Below are positions 39,128-52,331 of a stretch of DNA of 64,000 nt, one piece after another. Both the position numbers and the translations under genes were made by a program. The first letter of the stretch is position 1. The number at the start of each line of letters is the position of its first letter. Below the pieces are notes generated by a model. That model had not been told where the DNA came from and made no database searches. It saw nothing but the letters and a program-made list of their open reading frames with translations. The stretch is from Octopus vulgaris (taxonomy: Eukaryota): NCBI GenBank assembly GCA_951406725.2, contig OX597822.1, positions 23,932,001 through 23,996,000 of the forward strand, given 5' to 3'.

Positions 39128-39867
39128 TAATACATAGATAGATTGATAAATAGATAAATAGATAGATAGATAGACAGACAGATATGTAGATAGATTGTAT
39201 CAGCATTTCCCAACTGGAATTCTTCAGAAGCTTAGGGCTCCGTAAGATGTTGTAGAGGTTCCATGAGAAATAGTGACAAATAGGTTAATTTAAGCTAATT
39301 ATATGCAAATGTATGTATTTTTGAGTCATTTTTGTATTAAAGTCTGTTCCTAATACTATTATGCATGCATATATAATGAGGTGCAGGTGTGACTGTATGG
39401 GTAAGAGGCTTGCCTTTGAAAGATGCAATTTCAAGTTCAGTCCCACTGTATGGCATCTTGTTCTTGGGTAAGTATTATCAGCTTTAGCCCTCAGCAGACC
39501 AAAGCTTTGTGAGTGGATTTGGTAGATGGAAACTGAAAGAAGCCATCATATATATGTGTGTGTGTGTGATGCTTGAGAAGAAGACCCATCAAGCCTAGCA
39601 ACATTGCAGTTGTGAGAGATACTGGTGTCAAGCAAATTGGCACTTGTGCCAGTGGCACATAAAAGCACCCCAATGTTACACAAATGGCACCCGTGCTGGT
39701 GGCATGTAAAAGCACCCATTACACACTTGGAGTGGATGGCATTAAAAAGGGCATCCAGCTGTAGAACACTTTGCCAAATCAGACTGGAGTCTGGTACAGC
39801 CTTCCAGTATGCCAGCCCAGTCAAACCATCCAACCCATGCCATGGACAACAAACGTACATAGTGATG

Positions 39868-39898
<31 letters not shown>

Positions 39899-39950
39899 CA
39901 TATAAATATGCATATACATATACACACATATATGTATATATATATATATA

Positions 39951-40159
39951 TATGGTTCAAATGTATGAAAAACAGAAGACAGAGACAGGTAAGGGAACAA
40001 AAAAGTGTATTAGTTTGACACTCAGGAAAAATAAAAAAGTCTTTGATATTTCAAGCCTATGCTCTTCAACAGAAAGGAATGAGGAAAGAAAACACATAGA
40101 AAGAAAAAAAAATAGAGAAAAAAAATTCTCTGGATTAGCAGTTTCACATACCAAATGTT

Positions 40160-40160
<1 letters not shown>
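39951..40160 (-). mobile_element. Hammerhead mini-element family 2, CUGUCGA subtype
   Basis: Minus 40076-40041 reads cuuu-CUGUUGA-a-gagc auag gcuu-GAA-AUAU-C-aaag; lies between (TA)n and (TG)n. Confidence 0.6.
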
Positions 40161-40211
<51 letters not shown>

Positions 40212-40213
<2 letters not shown>

Positions 40214-40620
40214 CGCAGGAGTGGCTGTGTGGCAAGTAGCTTGCTTACCAACTACATGGTTTCAGGTTCAGTCCCACTGCATGGCACCTTGGGCAAGTGT
40301 CTTCTACTATAGCCTTGGGCCAACCAAAGCCTTGTGAGTGTATTTGGTAGATGAAAACTGAAAGAAGCCCGTCGTATATATGTATATGGATATATATATA
40401 TGTGAGTGTGTTTGTGTGTCTGTGTTTGTCCCCTCAACATCGCTTGACAACCGACGCTGGTGTATTTACGTCCCCATAACTTAGCGGTTCAGCAAAAGAG
40501 ACTGATAGAATAAGTACTAGGCTTACAAAGAATATGTCCTGGGGTCGACTTGCTCGACAAAGGCGGTGCTCCAGCATGGCCACAGTCAAATGACTGAAAG
40601 AAGTAAAAGAGAGTAAAGAG
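40212..40620 (+). mobile_element. SINE family A, full length, in (TA)n
   Basis: Close to consensus; (TA)n on both flanks. Confidence 0.9.
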
Positions 40621-41270
40621 TATATATATATATATAGATAGAGAGAGAGAGACAGGGAAACAGACAGGTGAAACTCTGAGTTATAGTTTGTGAAATCTTT
40701 TAGCTTCAATAAAATAAAACACAGATAAAGGGTAAAAGGGTGAAGATCCCCATCAGTCATGAATAACGATGGAATTGCACCCAGAAAGTTCCCAGCCAAG
40801 GCACAAGTTCGAGCAAGGTTGTTTGTGGAAGACCAGCCGTTGCCCATGCAAACTAGCCTTCCCTTTCTGTGTCCCCCGATGTTATTCAAGGGAAAGGCAA
40901 TGGCCAAACAGCTTGGTACCAGCGATGTTGCAACTCATTTCTGGGAATTGAACTCACAACCTCACATACAAAATACACAAAAATGTGCACAGACACACAC
41001 ATACACAAATCTATACATACATATATTAGAAGGTTTTGAGATGATGTACAGGTGGTTTATATTAGAAGAAATGAGGTATTCAGAAATTCGGATGGTTTTA
41101 TATTTACAGATATTTATTTGTATGTTACATGTTTTTATATATCATATAACTTATATCATATATCATATATTAGTGCTTTTGTTCATTCTGGTGGATTTTT
41201 CAAATGGAACTAAGTTCCTGTGGAAAAATTTTGACCATTTTATATTGTTGTTGAGTGTGTAGTGGTGGGG

Positions 41271-41348
<78 letters not shown>

Positions 41349-41607
41349 CAGAAATACAACTACACACACTTGAACACAAAGATATAGACAAAATATAAGG
41401 ATCCCTGATGTATAGAATGATTGTGATGTTTAAATTATTCTTTAGTTATTGATTCAGTTTGGTTTGTTTGTTTTTATCTTAGAGTTCTTCCCTATCTCCA
41501 GCTTTGTCTCATTTCTGTATTACCGATATATCTTCGAATATTTGATAAATGCCAATGGAGAAATTTAAACGTGTTCGCTGAAGAGAAAAAAAAAAATTTA
41601 GACGTAC

Positions 41608-41639
41608 TTGCCTTTCTTCGAATAAGAACAAAGATGGTA
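41608..41639 (-). CDS. Candidate 32-nt exon
   Basis: ctttgtcatcttcag| 32 nt |gtacgt; all frames open. Confidence 0.3.
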
Positions 41640-42127
41640 CTGAAGATGACAAAGTTGATGATGAAAATGATGATAATGATGGTGGTTGCAGTGGTGTTGA
41701 TGATGATAATGACAGTGATGATGATGATGATGATGATGACAATGACGACAATTTTGGTGGCGGTGGTAGTGGTGATGGTGGTAGGTATGTTGGTGATAGT
41801 TATGATGATGATGATGACAACGATTATAACAATAATGAAAGTGGTGATGGTAAGGGTGGTGTGGATGATGATAATGGTGGTGGTGATGGTGGTGAAGGTG
41901 GTGGGGATGTGGTGATGGTGATAACGAGGATGATGATGAGGCTAATCAAGTAAGAAACCTATACATCAAACAAAATCATTACCAGTATCACTATTATTAT
42001 TACTATTATTATTATTATTAATAGTACAAAGCATTGTTAATAATACTTAGAGGTGTTATTTTAATAAGTGCCATTGAAATGAATCTGAGAGACACCCAAG
42101 AGTCTGAGAATGACAGTAGGCGTCAAC

Positions 42128-42158
<31 letters not shown>

Positions 42159-42941
42159 ATCCATCTTTTTCTACTTTTTAAATTTACTTTTGGGCTGCTC
42201 TTTTCCTTCTTTGTTTTTTTTATTCAAAATCTATATTCCGAAAATTCATAAAGCATTGTTCCGTCGCATCTCAAAGACACCGAGAACAATTCAATCCTAT
42301 CTTAATATCTTCCAGACATCGTAGAATTCTCTTCATTGCTTTTGTTATTTCTCGCTCTCCCCCCACCCCCAAAAGCAAAGACAAAAAACAACCTCTTTCT
42401 CTTAATTCCCTGTCATTCTTTGTCTCCTTCATCTCACTTCCTCACCTTACTCTCTCTCTTTCTCTCTCTCTCTTTTGCTTTGCACTTTTCCTTCCACTGT
42501 AAAAATTCAAATTCCATTTAAAATTTTAAGATCTGCAAGAACTAATATGCAATGCCAAACCACTCCATTTATTCAGTGTAGAAGGCAAATCTCTCTCTCT
42601 CATTAAATTCCTCACTCTTCCTTTTTCCTTTTACTTCAACAATGACATCAACACCAAAGGAAACGTCTAGCCTGGTGATGCGCAATCTGTACCCTGACAA
42701 GCTATCTGGCTTTTGATGTTATCCATAAACACATACACACTATAAGTAGTTTCGAGTGATTTTGCTGCGACACTTGCACTGTTCCCTTCTTGAAATTCAT
42801 AAAGTGTGACGAATATTTACAACAACTTCAATTATGATAAAATTCATGTGCAGGAGTGGTTGTGTGGTAAGTAGCGTGCTTACCAACCACACGGTTCCGG
42901 ATTCATAAAAACATACATGGATATATACATGTGTATATATC

Positions 42942-42992
<51 letters not shown>

Positions 42993-43029
42993 GCGTGTGT
43001 GTGTGTGTATATACATACATACATATAAA

Positions 43030-43071
<42 letters not shown>

Positions 43072-43156
43072 CATGCATATATATATACATACGTACATAT
43101 ACATGCATATATATATACATACATATATATATATATATTTATGCACACACACACAC

Positions 43157-43207
<51 letters not shown>

Positions 43208-44353
43208 TATAACTACATTTATATATAAATACATATACACACACACACGTATATGATGAGTTCCTTTCAGTTTCCATCACTACCAAATTCACTCACAAGG
43301 TGCCACACAGTGGGACTGAACCTGGACCCATGTGGTTGAGAAGCAAGCTTCTCACCCCAACCACTGATGTATTCAACCAAATCAATCCTTTACTCAGTTG
43401 TCATTCCCCCGAAAAACCTACGAACCATATTCACACAAATCACACTCTCCAGTCTCAAAAAGAGAAGGCCACATTTTAACATTGCCATCCTATATATTTC
43501 CAGGGTTATGGTCATGGTTGGAATACCTTATACAGAGCCAGCCATGATATGTGTGTGTGTGGTGGGTGTAGAGCTAAGCTATGGCGCAAATGACAAAAAC
43601 CATCAAGTTATGGAACCATGCTTTGAAATAATGGTAAACGTTCATATCATATTACTGCTATCATTTTCACTCTTACTTACACATCACTTGCTCACTCATC
43701 ACTCTTTCACCCATTACTCACTCACTCATCACTCATTAGTCACTTATTCTCACTCACTCCCTCACTCATTCACCACTCATCATTCATCCATCACTCATTC
43801 ATCAGTTTACTCATCACTCACTCGCCCACCCACTCACTCACAAACCTTTTATTTAGACATAATCTGGAAAGTGCTAATATTTCAGAAGATCTTGGAGAGG
43901 TAAAGAGGCCAAAGCAGGATTATTACATATTCTGTTTTAGAATTTGCAACCAAAGAGAGAGAGAGAGGGGGAAGAAAGAGAGAGAGAGAGAGAGGTGGGG
44001 ATTATGGAATGGTAATGAGAGAATTGCATTAACAGACAGGAAAGGTGGATTGAGATAATTCTAGAAATATTTAAGGCTGCAGGAATAGAATTGGTGCAGA
44101 AGTGAAATGTGGCGTCATGCAGTTTGTGTGCAATGGTGTGTGTGTGAGTGTGTGTATGGGTGTGTTACAATGTGGATATAAATATGTATGAGTGAGAGTA
44201 AAAGTGAGCCTGTATGCATGTGAGAGAGAGATAGAGATAGAGAGAGAGAGATAAAGAGATAAAGAGAAAGAAAAATAGAAAAAAGCAGAGAAAAATGAAG
44301 AGAGAGAGAAAAAAGTGTTGAATTATTAGTGTGAAGGTGAGGGAGACAGAAGG

Positions 44354-44406
<53 letters not shown>

Positions 44407-44489
44407 CATACACCCACACATACATATATATAGAGAGAGAAAGAGAGTGACAGATAGAGGGGGAGAGAGAGAGAAATAGGTTATATAAA

Positions 44490-44580
<91 letters not shown>

Positions 44581-44780
44581 ATATTATATTCCTCTATGTT
44601 ATATTTTAATAATTACTGGTATCTTTATATATTAATACCTTTTTATATGTAAAGCATAATATGTTCTACATGTATGTATATTCTTGTAATTGTCATTTTA
44701 GTAAATAAATAAATAAGTTTATATAATATAATGTCTAAAAATTGATGAACCACCTATTGATCCCCTCAATTTTCTTATTG

Positions 44781-44818
<38 letters not shown>

Positions 44819-46337
44819 GGAGAGAGACAGACATACAGACAGACTGACTGAGAGAAAAAGAGAGAGAAAGAGATAACTAAAGAGAGTGTGGAGAGTGAGA
44901 AACTGTAGACCCTTGAAGTATTTTATTACATCTGTCAGTATTTTGAGTTCAAACTCAGCCAGAGTCGACCTTTGCATTGATATCCAAGACCATTGTTTTA
45001 AAAAATACCAGACTGAGGTTGAGTGAATCAAATTATATGTCTACAAAGTACATCAACTTGCTAGAAATACCAACTATATTCCCATGAATTACACTCTACT
45101 GTCCTAAAAAAATTAGAAGGTCACACTTGGACAATGCCATTTTATATTCTTCTATAGTCATGGCCATGGTTGGAATGCCTTATACAGGGCCAGCCTGTAT
45201 AAGTAGAAATCATCTACTTATGAGCTATGCTTTGAAAAAAATGTTAAATGTCCTGTACCATTTTTATCAGGTCCTTCTTGGACCTTAGCAAGATAAAGAG
45301 GGGAAAAACAAGAAGCAGTAGAGAGTTCTAGAAGGAGTGGTAGAGATGGTAGGGGATTAAGGCAGATGGGTCAAGCATAGAAGTTTGCTGCCCAGCCACA
45401 TGGTTCCAAGTTCAGTCCCGCTGCATGGCCCCTTGGGTAATTATCTTTTGTTGTAGCCTCGGGCTAACCAAAGCCTTGTGAGTGGATTTGGCAGATGGAA
45501 ACTGAAAGAAGCCCATTGTATATATGTGTGTGAGTGTGCATATGTGTGTGTGTATTTGTGTCTGTGTCTGTCCCCCACCACTTCCTGACAACAAGTGCTG
45601 GTGAATTTATGTCCCTATAACTTAGCAGCTCAGAGACAGACAGAGAGGCAGAGAGAGAGACAGACAGACAGAGGCAGAGACAGAAACAAACAAACAAATA
45701 AACAAAGACGTAAGGTAAGTAGAAAAAGAATGCAAAAAAGAAATGGTTGATATTTAAGAATAGAAGCTAAAGTTAGAAAAATTAATAAAATGGATCAGGA
45801 AAATTGCAAAAATAAAAATGAAACAAAACAAGCAAAATTTAAATATAATTTAAAGCCAGACTTTCATTATTAAATTTGCAATCTTCTTATTTCAATTTTT
45901 TTAAATCTTTTCTTTTATTTTTCTGTTTTTAATTTCTTTGACTGTCCCCTTTGAAGAAAGTTTATTTTTAAAATTTACTCATTTTAATTCCAAAGTCTCC
46001 AGAGCATTAAAGAATTATAATATTTTGGAAAATATAGAAATTGATAAATAATAATAATAATAATAATAATAATATTTATTATTATTATTATTATTTCTAA
46101 TCTAGGCACAAGGCCTTGAAAATTTTGGGGGGAAGAGGGCTAGTTGATTACATTGACCCTAGTGTGTAAATGGATTTTATTTCATTGACCTCAAAAGAAT
46201 GAAAGGCAAAGTTGACCTCAGCAGAATTTGAACTCAGGATGTAGTGGCAGACAAAATGCTGTTGAGCATTTTGCCTGGCATGCTAACGATTCTGCCAGCT
46301 CGCCACCTTAATAATAATAATGATAATAATAATAATG

Positions 46338-46370
<33 letters not shown>

Positions 46371-48324
46371 GCTTCAAATTTTGCCACAAAGGCAGTCATT
46401 TTGGGGGAGGGTGCTAGATGATTACATCAACCTGTGCTTCACTGGTGCTTAATTTATCAACCCCAAAAGGATGAAAGGCAAAGTCGACCTCGGCAGAATT
46501 TAAACTTATATTGTAGTGACGGTGTTAAATACTGCTAAGCATTTTGCCCAGCATTGCTAACAATTCTGCCAGCTTGCTGCCTTAATAATAATAAGAAGAA
46601 AAAGAATAATAATTTCTGATCACGAGCAGAAGTAATGGGGGAGAGTCATTGCCATGTGTTGAGAGGAATTCTTTGGGGTTTGACTAATTCACTTCTGGAA
46701 ACATATGTGTTCCGTTCATCATCCTTAAACAACCCTTATTCAGGGACCTTTTGAGCAGGATGAGCTACTCAACCTGAACAAAATTCCAACTGGGCTTCAC
46801 CTACAAGGTCATGTGTTGCTTATCTTAATATGAGATCACCATGTCACGCACATGTGGTTGTGATGCATGTGCCGCATGCACTGCTCTCTCACTCAATAAC
46901 AACCACCACCACCATTATTATAGTAATAATAATTTCAGAGGCACAAGGCCAGAAATTTGAGAGGAGATAAGTGATTAAATCAACCCCAGTACTTGACTGG
47001 TACTCTCTCAGCATGATTTAAAGTGAGAATATAAAGGGCCAGAATCAGTGATGGTAGTAGTGTTGGTGGTATTGATAATCATCATCATCATCATCATCAT
47101 CATCGTTTAACGTCTGCTTTCCATGCTAGCATGGGTTGGACGATTTTGACTGAGGGCTGGCGAACCAGATGGCTGCACCAGGCTCCAATCTTGATCTGGC
47201 AGAGTTTCTACAGCTGCATGCTCTTCCTAATGCCAACCACTCCGAGAATGTAGTGGGTGCTTTTTACGTGCCACCGGCACGGGGGCTAGTCGGGCGGTAC
47301 TGGCAACAACCTCGCTTGAATCTTTTTACACATGCCACCGGCACAGGTGCCAGTAAGGCAACGTTGGTAATGATCACGCTCGAATGGTGCCCTTTTACAT
47401 GCCACTGGCACAGAAGCAAGTTGGCTGCTCTGGCAACGATCACGCTCGGATGGTGCTCTTGGCACTCTACTAGCATGGGCACAAGTGCCAGTAAGGCAAC
47501 ACTGGTAATAATCACACTCGAATGATGCCTTTTATGTGCCACTGGCACAGAAGCCAGTTAGCCGCTCTGTCAACAATCACACTCATATGGTGCTCTTTCC
47601 ACCCCGCTAGCACAGATGCCAGTCATCGAGGTTATTATGATGGCATTAAAGATGATGCTGATGATGATGACAATATGGATGGTGACAATGATGATGCCTA
47701 TAATGATAACAAAAGATAACGACAAATTCAAGTATGACAATGATGATTGCAATGTAAACATTATTAACTGATAACTCTTCAAAAACTAGTGTCCAATATA
47801 TTCATCATCATCATCATCATCGTCATCACCATCATCATCATCATCATCATCATCCTGCTCCTCCTCATCATCATGGTCTACTGTCCATTTACTAATAATA
47901 TGTAGTGTTGATAGGCACACACACGTGATGTGTAGCTAAATAAAAGGATTTAATATCTTAACAGAAGAGCATGTATGAAGACAAAGAACAGGCGTTTGGT
48001 AAACTAGATATTTATTGCAAAAAAAAAAAGGGTGAAAAAGTAAACTAAAACCCTAAATGGATAGAGAAAACAAACACACAAACAAACACAAAAAGAAAAA
48101 CACTCAAACACAAATGCATAATATGACATGGATCAATTACCAAAAGACATCTTCCAGCAGAATAGTAACACTCCTGGTTATTAGAATTGCTGAACTTAAC
48201 AAAGTAGCACCAACATAAAATAATAATAGTATTATATCAACATGCCTTGTCAAAATGAAAAACATTAATTACTTAACAAGATCGTTATCATCAGAATCAT
48301 CATCATCATTGTAATAATAATAAT

Positions 48325-48592
48325 GTGCAAATTATTGTTGGGTCTTTGGGGACAGTATTGGAAAGCATCAAGAGGAATATAGAGGAAATGGGAATAGAGT
48401 GCCCGGTAGAACTGTTACAAAAGGTTTGTCTCATTGGCACAACCAGAATAATCAGGAAAGTATTAGATAGTTGGAAAGAACAGATAGCATGGTACCATAG
48501 GGTGCAGGTAGCAAGCCAGCTACTCGTGTAAGACTTTAGGAATTTCAACAAAACCAGAGTTTTAAAAAAAAAATTTTGTAAATAAAAAATAG
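48325..48592 (+). mobile_element. R4/Dong-like LINE 3' fragment inserted in (TAA)n
   Basis: VQIIVGSLGTVLESIKRNIEEMGIECPVELLQKVCLIGTTRIIRKVLDS is a restriction-like endonuclease C-terminus; (TAA)n on both sides. Confidence 0.8.
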
Positions 48593-49486
48593 TAATAATA
48601 ATAATAAATGCCCTGATGCAGTACCAGGTAGTGGCTCTCATGGCTTCTGATCTAAACTGATTGGAAGTGTTACCATGTACATTGTTTTGTCTTTGTATAA
48701 AAGATGGGCTACAGCAAATATTCTGCTCAATACCACAGATTTGCTTGTCAGTTGTTTGACCTTAACCAGTTGAGCATGTCCCTTACTGGCTGATGATATG
48801 TGCATCTCTGATCATGAGGAGAAGTAGTGGGGGAGCATCATAGCCATGTGTTGAGAGGGATTCTTTGGGGTTTGAATGAATCAACTCTGGAAACATGGGT
48901 GTTTCATTCAACATCCTTAAACAACCTTTATTCAAGGACCTTTTGAGCAGGATGTATTACTCAACCAGAAGAAAATTCTAACTGGGCCCCACCTGCAAGG
49001 TCATGTGCTGTGAATTATCCAAACCCCAAAGAATCCTTCAAAATAGATGGTTCATATGATGCTTGGCTGCATTTAACTTACAAACTATACCATTGGATAT
49101 CCATGATTGCTTTTAACTTATAAATTAGATCTAGTCCATTGGTTTTAATCCAGCCAGTTAGATTAACATTATTAGTATTAACTATTAACTTGAGCTTGGC
49201 TTATTGGTTAGATCAACCAATTACACTACTTTGACAGGAAATTGAAGCAGAAGAGCATAAAATAAAAGATAGAAGCAAAACAAAAAAATACTTCCAGAAG
49301 AGAAGAAACGTTACTGAGATACGTTTTACAGGTTATAGCAAAAGGGAAGAAAGTGTTTGGATCAGTTATTTGACATTTAACCGTTCTTAGACTGACTCTT
49401 AAGAAATGTCAAGAGTACCATGAAGTCAGTAGCAGGTCATACAGATTGAAAAGTTATGGAGAGATGAGAAGGAAGGTATGGGGTTA

Positions 49487-49547
<61 letters not shown>

Positions 49548-49644
49548 TGGGGAAAAGTGAGATGAGAAAAGGTAAAGAAAGGTGTAGTGAGAGCAGAGCT
49601 TGTCAGCACTGCCATATAATCAAAATTTTAAAATTGCAAACATA

Positions 49645-50058
49645 GGTGCAGGAGTGGCTGTTTGGTAAGTAGCTTGCTAACCAACCACATGGTTCCGGGT
49701 TCGGTCCCACTGCGTGGCATCTTGGGCAAGTGTCTTCTGCTATAGCCCTGGGCCGACCAATGCCTTGTGAGTGGATTTGGTAGACGGAAACTGAAAGAAA
49801 CCTGTCGTATATATGTATATATATATATATAAGTGTGTGTGAATGTGTTTGTGTGTCTGTGTTTGTTCCCCTAGCATTGCTTGACAACCGATGCTGGTGT
49901 GTTTACATCCCCGTAACTTAGCGGTTCGGCAAAAGAGACCGATAGAATAAGTACTGGGCTTACAAAGAATAAGTCCCGGGGTCGATTTGCTCGACTAAAG
50001 GCGGTGCTCCAGCATGGCCACAGTCAAATGACTGAAACAAGTAAAAGAGAAAAGAGAA
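49645..50058 (+). mobile_element. SINE family A, full length, young
   Basis: CpG-rich and near consensus. More copies at 23935-24460, 31210-31455, 45370-45630, 52920-53295, 55290-55675. Confidence 0.9.
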
Positions 50059-50072
50059 TATATATATATATG

Positions 50073-50265
50073 CATCTGTAAAATATATGTGACAATTATT
50101 CAGTAGCCATGATAAAACTCCAAGTTTCAGATGTCGGGGTGAAACTCAGAGTTTTATCATAGTTACCAAATAATTGTCACATATTACATTTACAGATAAA
50201 TTCCTCTATTCATATAATATCGAGGTCTCTTTCATTCTTTTGTTGCCTTACCATTTCTATCAACA
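50073..50265. mobile_element. (TA)n-bounded fold-back with hammerhead 3' halves
   Basis: About 55-bp inverted arms meeting at gtttc...gaaac. Right arm GAA-ACTCAGAGT-T has the same stem III as 31761-31772. Confidence 0.7.
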
Positions 50266-50275
50266 TATATATATA

Positions 50276-50516
50276 AATTCAGAGGACTGACCACTAAAAT
50301 TGGACAGCCTATATGCTATTTTCATTTGTCTTGCTTATTTTTACATTTTGGTTTTTTGTTGAGATTTTTCTTGAGAACACATTCTTCGTGGTAATGTCGA
50401 TTTGACGTCTATGTTTAGCATATAGGCTGTCCACTTTTAGTGGTCAGTCCTCTAAATTTTTGTATGTAACACAATTTTTAATCTTCAGATTTTTTCTACC
50501 CTTATTTAATTATTTC

Positions 50517-50519
<3 letters not shown>
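50276..50519. repeat. (TA)n-bounded element with about 43-bp inverted repeat
   Basis: aaattcagaggactgaccactaaaattggacagcctatatgcta vs tagcatataggctgtccacttttagtggtcagtcctctaaattt. Confidence 0.8.
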
Positions 50520-50560
<41 letters not shown>

Positions 50561-50565
<5 letters not shown>

Positions 50566-50662
50566 GTTAAAGAGGACAACAAACGTTAAGGCAAGCCAAA
50601 CATCTCAAGTAATCTTGAGATGTTTGCTTTGCCTTAACGCTTGTTGTCCTCTTTAACAATTA
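50561..50662. repeat. 102-bp near-perfect palindrome
   Basis: 49-bp arms with 2 mismatches and a 4-nt loop taat (50610-50613), adjacent to (TA)n. Confidence 0.9.
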
Positions 50663-50800
50663 TATATCCGCTATATCAGAGATCTGCAATGGCTCCATAA
50701 CTACCATCTCAGTTATACAACCTTGGAGCCTTTAGTAATCCATTACAGCACTTTCCTAGCATGCCTATTCATTTAGATCACCTGTGAACTAAACCCTCAT

Positions 50801-50837
<37 letters not shown>

Positions 50838-51718
50838 CCACTAGGGTCAATATAATCAACTAACATCCTTCCCCTAAAGCTGTTGGCCTTGTGCCAAAAT
50901 TTGAAACCATTATTATTTTTATTTTTATTATCATTATTATTATTATTGAGTGAGAGAGTAATGCATGCCATCAATGTGACACTGGGGTACAAATATACAA
51001 AGCCCAATATACCCATCATAACAACCAGTCTGATAAGGGTACATCAGGCACCAGCATTACAACCACACATGCATGACATAATGATCTCATATCAAGATAA
51101 ACAACAAATGACCTTACAGGTGGGGGGCCCAGCTAGAAATTCCTTCAGATCAAAAAGTCCATCCTGCTCAAAAGGTCCTTGAATAGGGTTTGCCCAGAAA
51201 TGCTTTGTCTCCCTTACTAGTAGTCCATATCTCTCAATCTTCTTCAATAATTCATCACAAACCTTATTGTCAGCTAGACAAGACACTACCATTACTACCC
51301 GTGGTCTTCATCATCATCATCATCATCAGCATCATCACCATCATCATCATCACCATCATTATCATCATCACCATCATCATCATCATATCAGCATTGACAA
51401 TGCTGATATGATGATGATCATCATCACCATCACTGTCGTCACCATCGTCATCATCATTGCATTGTCATTATCAACATCATCATCATCAACACAGCAGCAT
51501 TGTCATTGTTATCATCATTGTCATCATCATCATCGTTGTCGTCATCACCATCGTCATCATTATCCTCATGACCATCGCTGTCATTATCATTGTTGTCATC
51601 ATCATCATTGTTATCATTATCATCATCATGATTGATATCATCATTGTCTTAGTCACTATCTGTCTTCATGATATACGACTAGTGAGAGTGGGCGTATTGT
51701 AAATTATTAATTGTGTTA

Positions 51719-51794
51719 CTATGTAACTGTTGAATCTTTCTGTGGTCCATTGTTAAACGAAGACGATGATAGTGGGAGATGAAGAAGACGTTGG
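51719..51794 (-). CDS. Weak candidate terminal exon (QRLLHLPLSSSSFNNGPQKDSTVT*)
   Basis: Acceptor tttctatgtatttgattag in a CpG-retaining unique island. Confidence 0.25.
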
Positions 51795-52331
51795 CTAATC
51801 AAATACATAGAAATTTAACAAATTTCAATAATAAATTATATAAACAAACAAAAAACAAACCAATGTGAAGTGTCACAAATGAGCAAACAGCATCACAAAA
51901 ATACACAAATCCATGATTAAAACAAGTCGTTGGCCATAACAAATGTGATTTCGCAGTTAACTGCAATGCTTTCTATCTTAATAAAAAATTTTATATAAAA
52001 AGGAAAATGTAGAAATCAATAAGCACGAACCACAAACCAATATATATATATATATATATATATAGAAAGAAGACAAAAATCTTCTTTGTCTAATTAAAAG
52101 TATTTGCGATTTAATTAAAATGATCAGTCATAGCAATTTGTCAGGAATATTTCGTCTCACTAGAGAAAGGAAACAACATATGTTAAGCATGTCATCTCCT
52201 ACTGACCCTTTGTCTCCAATTTTTTTCCCCTTCAACAAAGGATTTTAGTCTGAAATGTTGAACTCCCCTGCTTCATACATACAGCATACAATTAATTATC
52301 TTGTATAATATATATATATTATAAACAACTT

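Noticed and set aside
45709-45720. Strong plus-strand donor AAG|GTAAGT
   Set aside because: No acceptor or coding sequence upstream; preceded by simple repeats.
48141-48194. Minus-strand exon candidate with gtaatt donor
   Set aside because: Three alternative acceptors and no way to choose among them; too weak to list.
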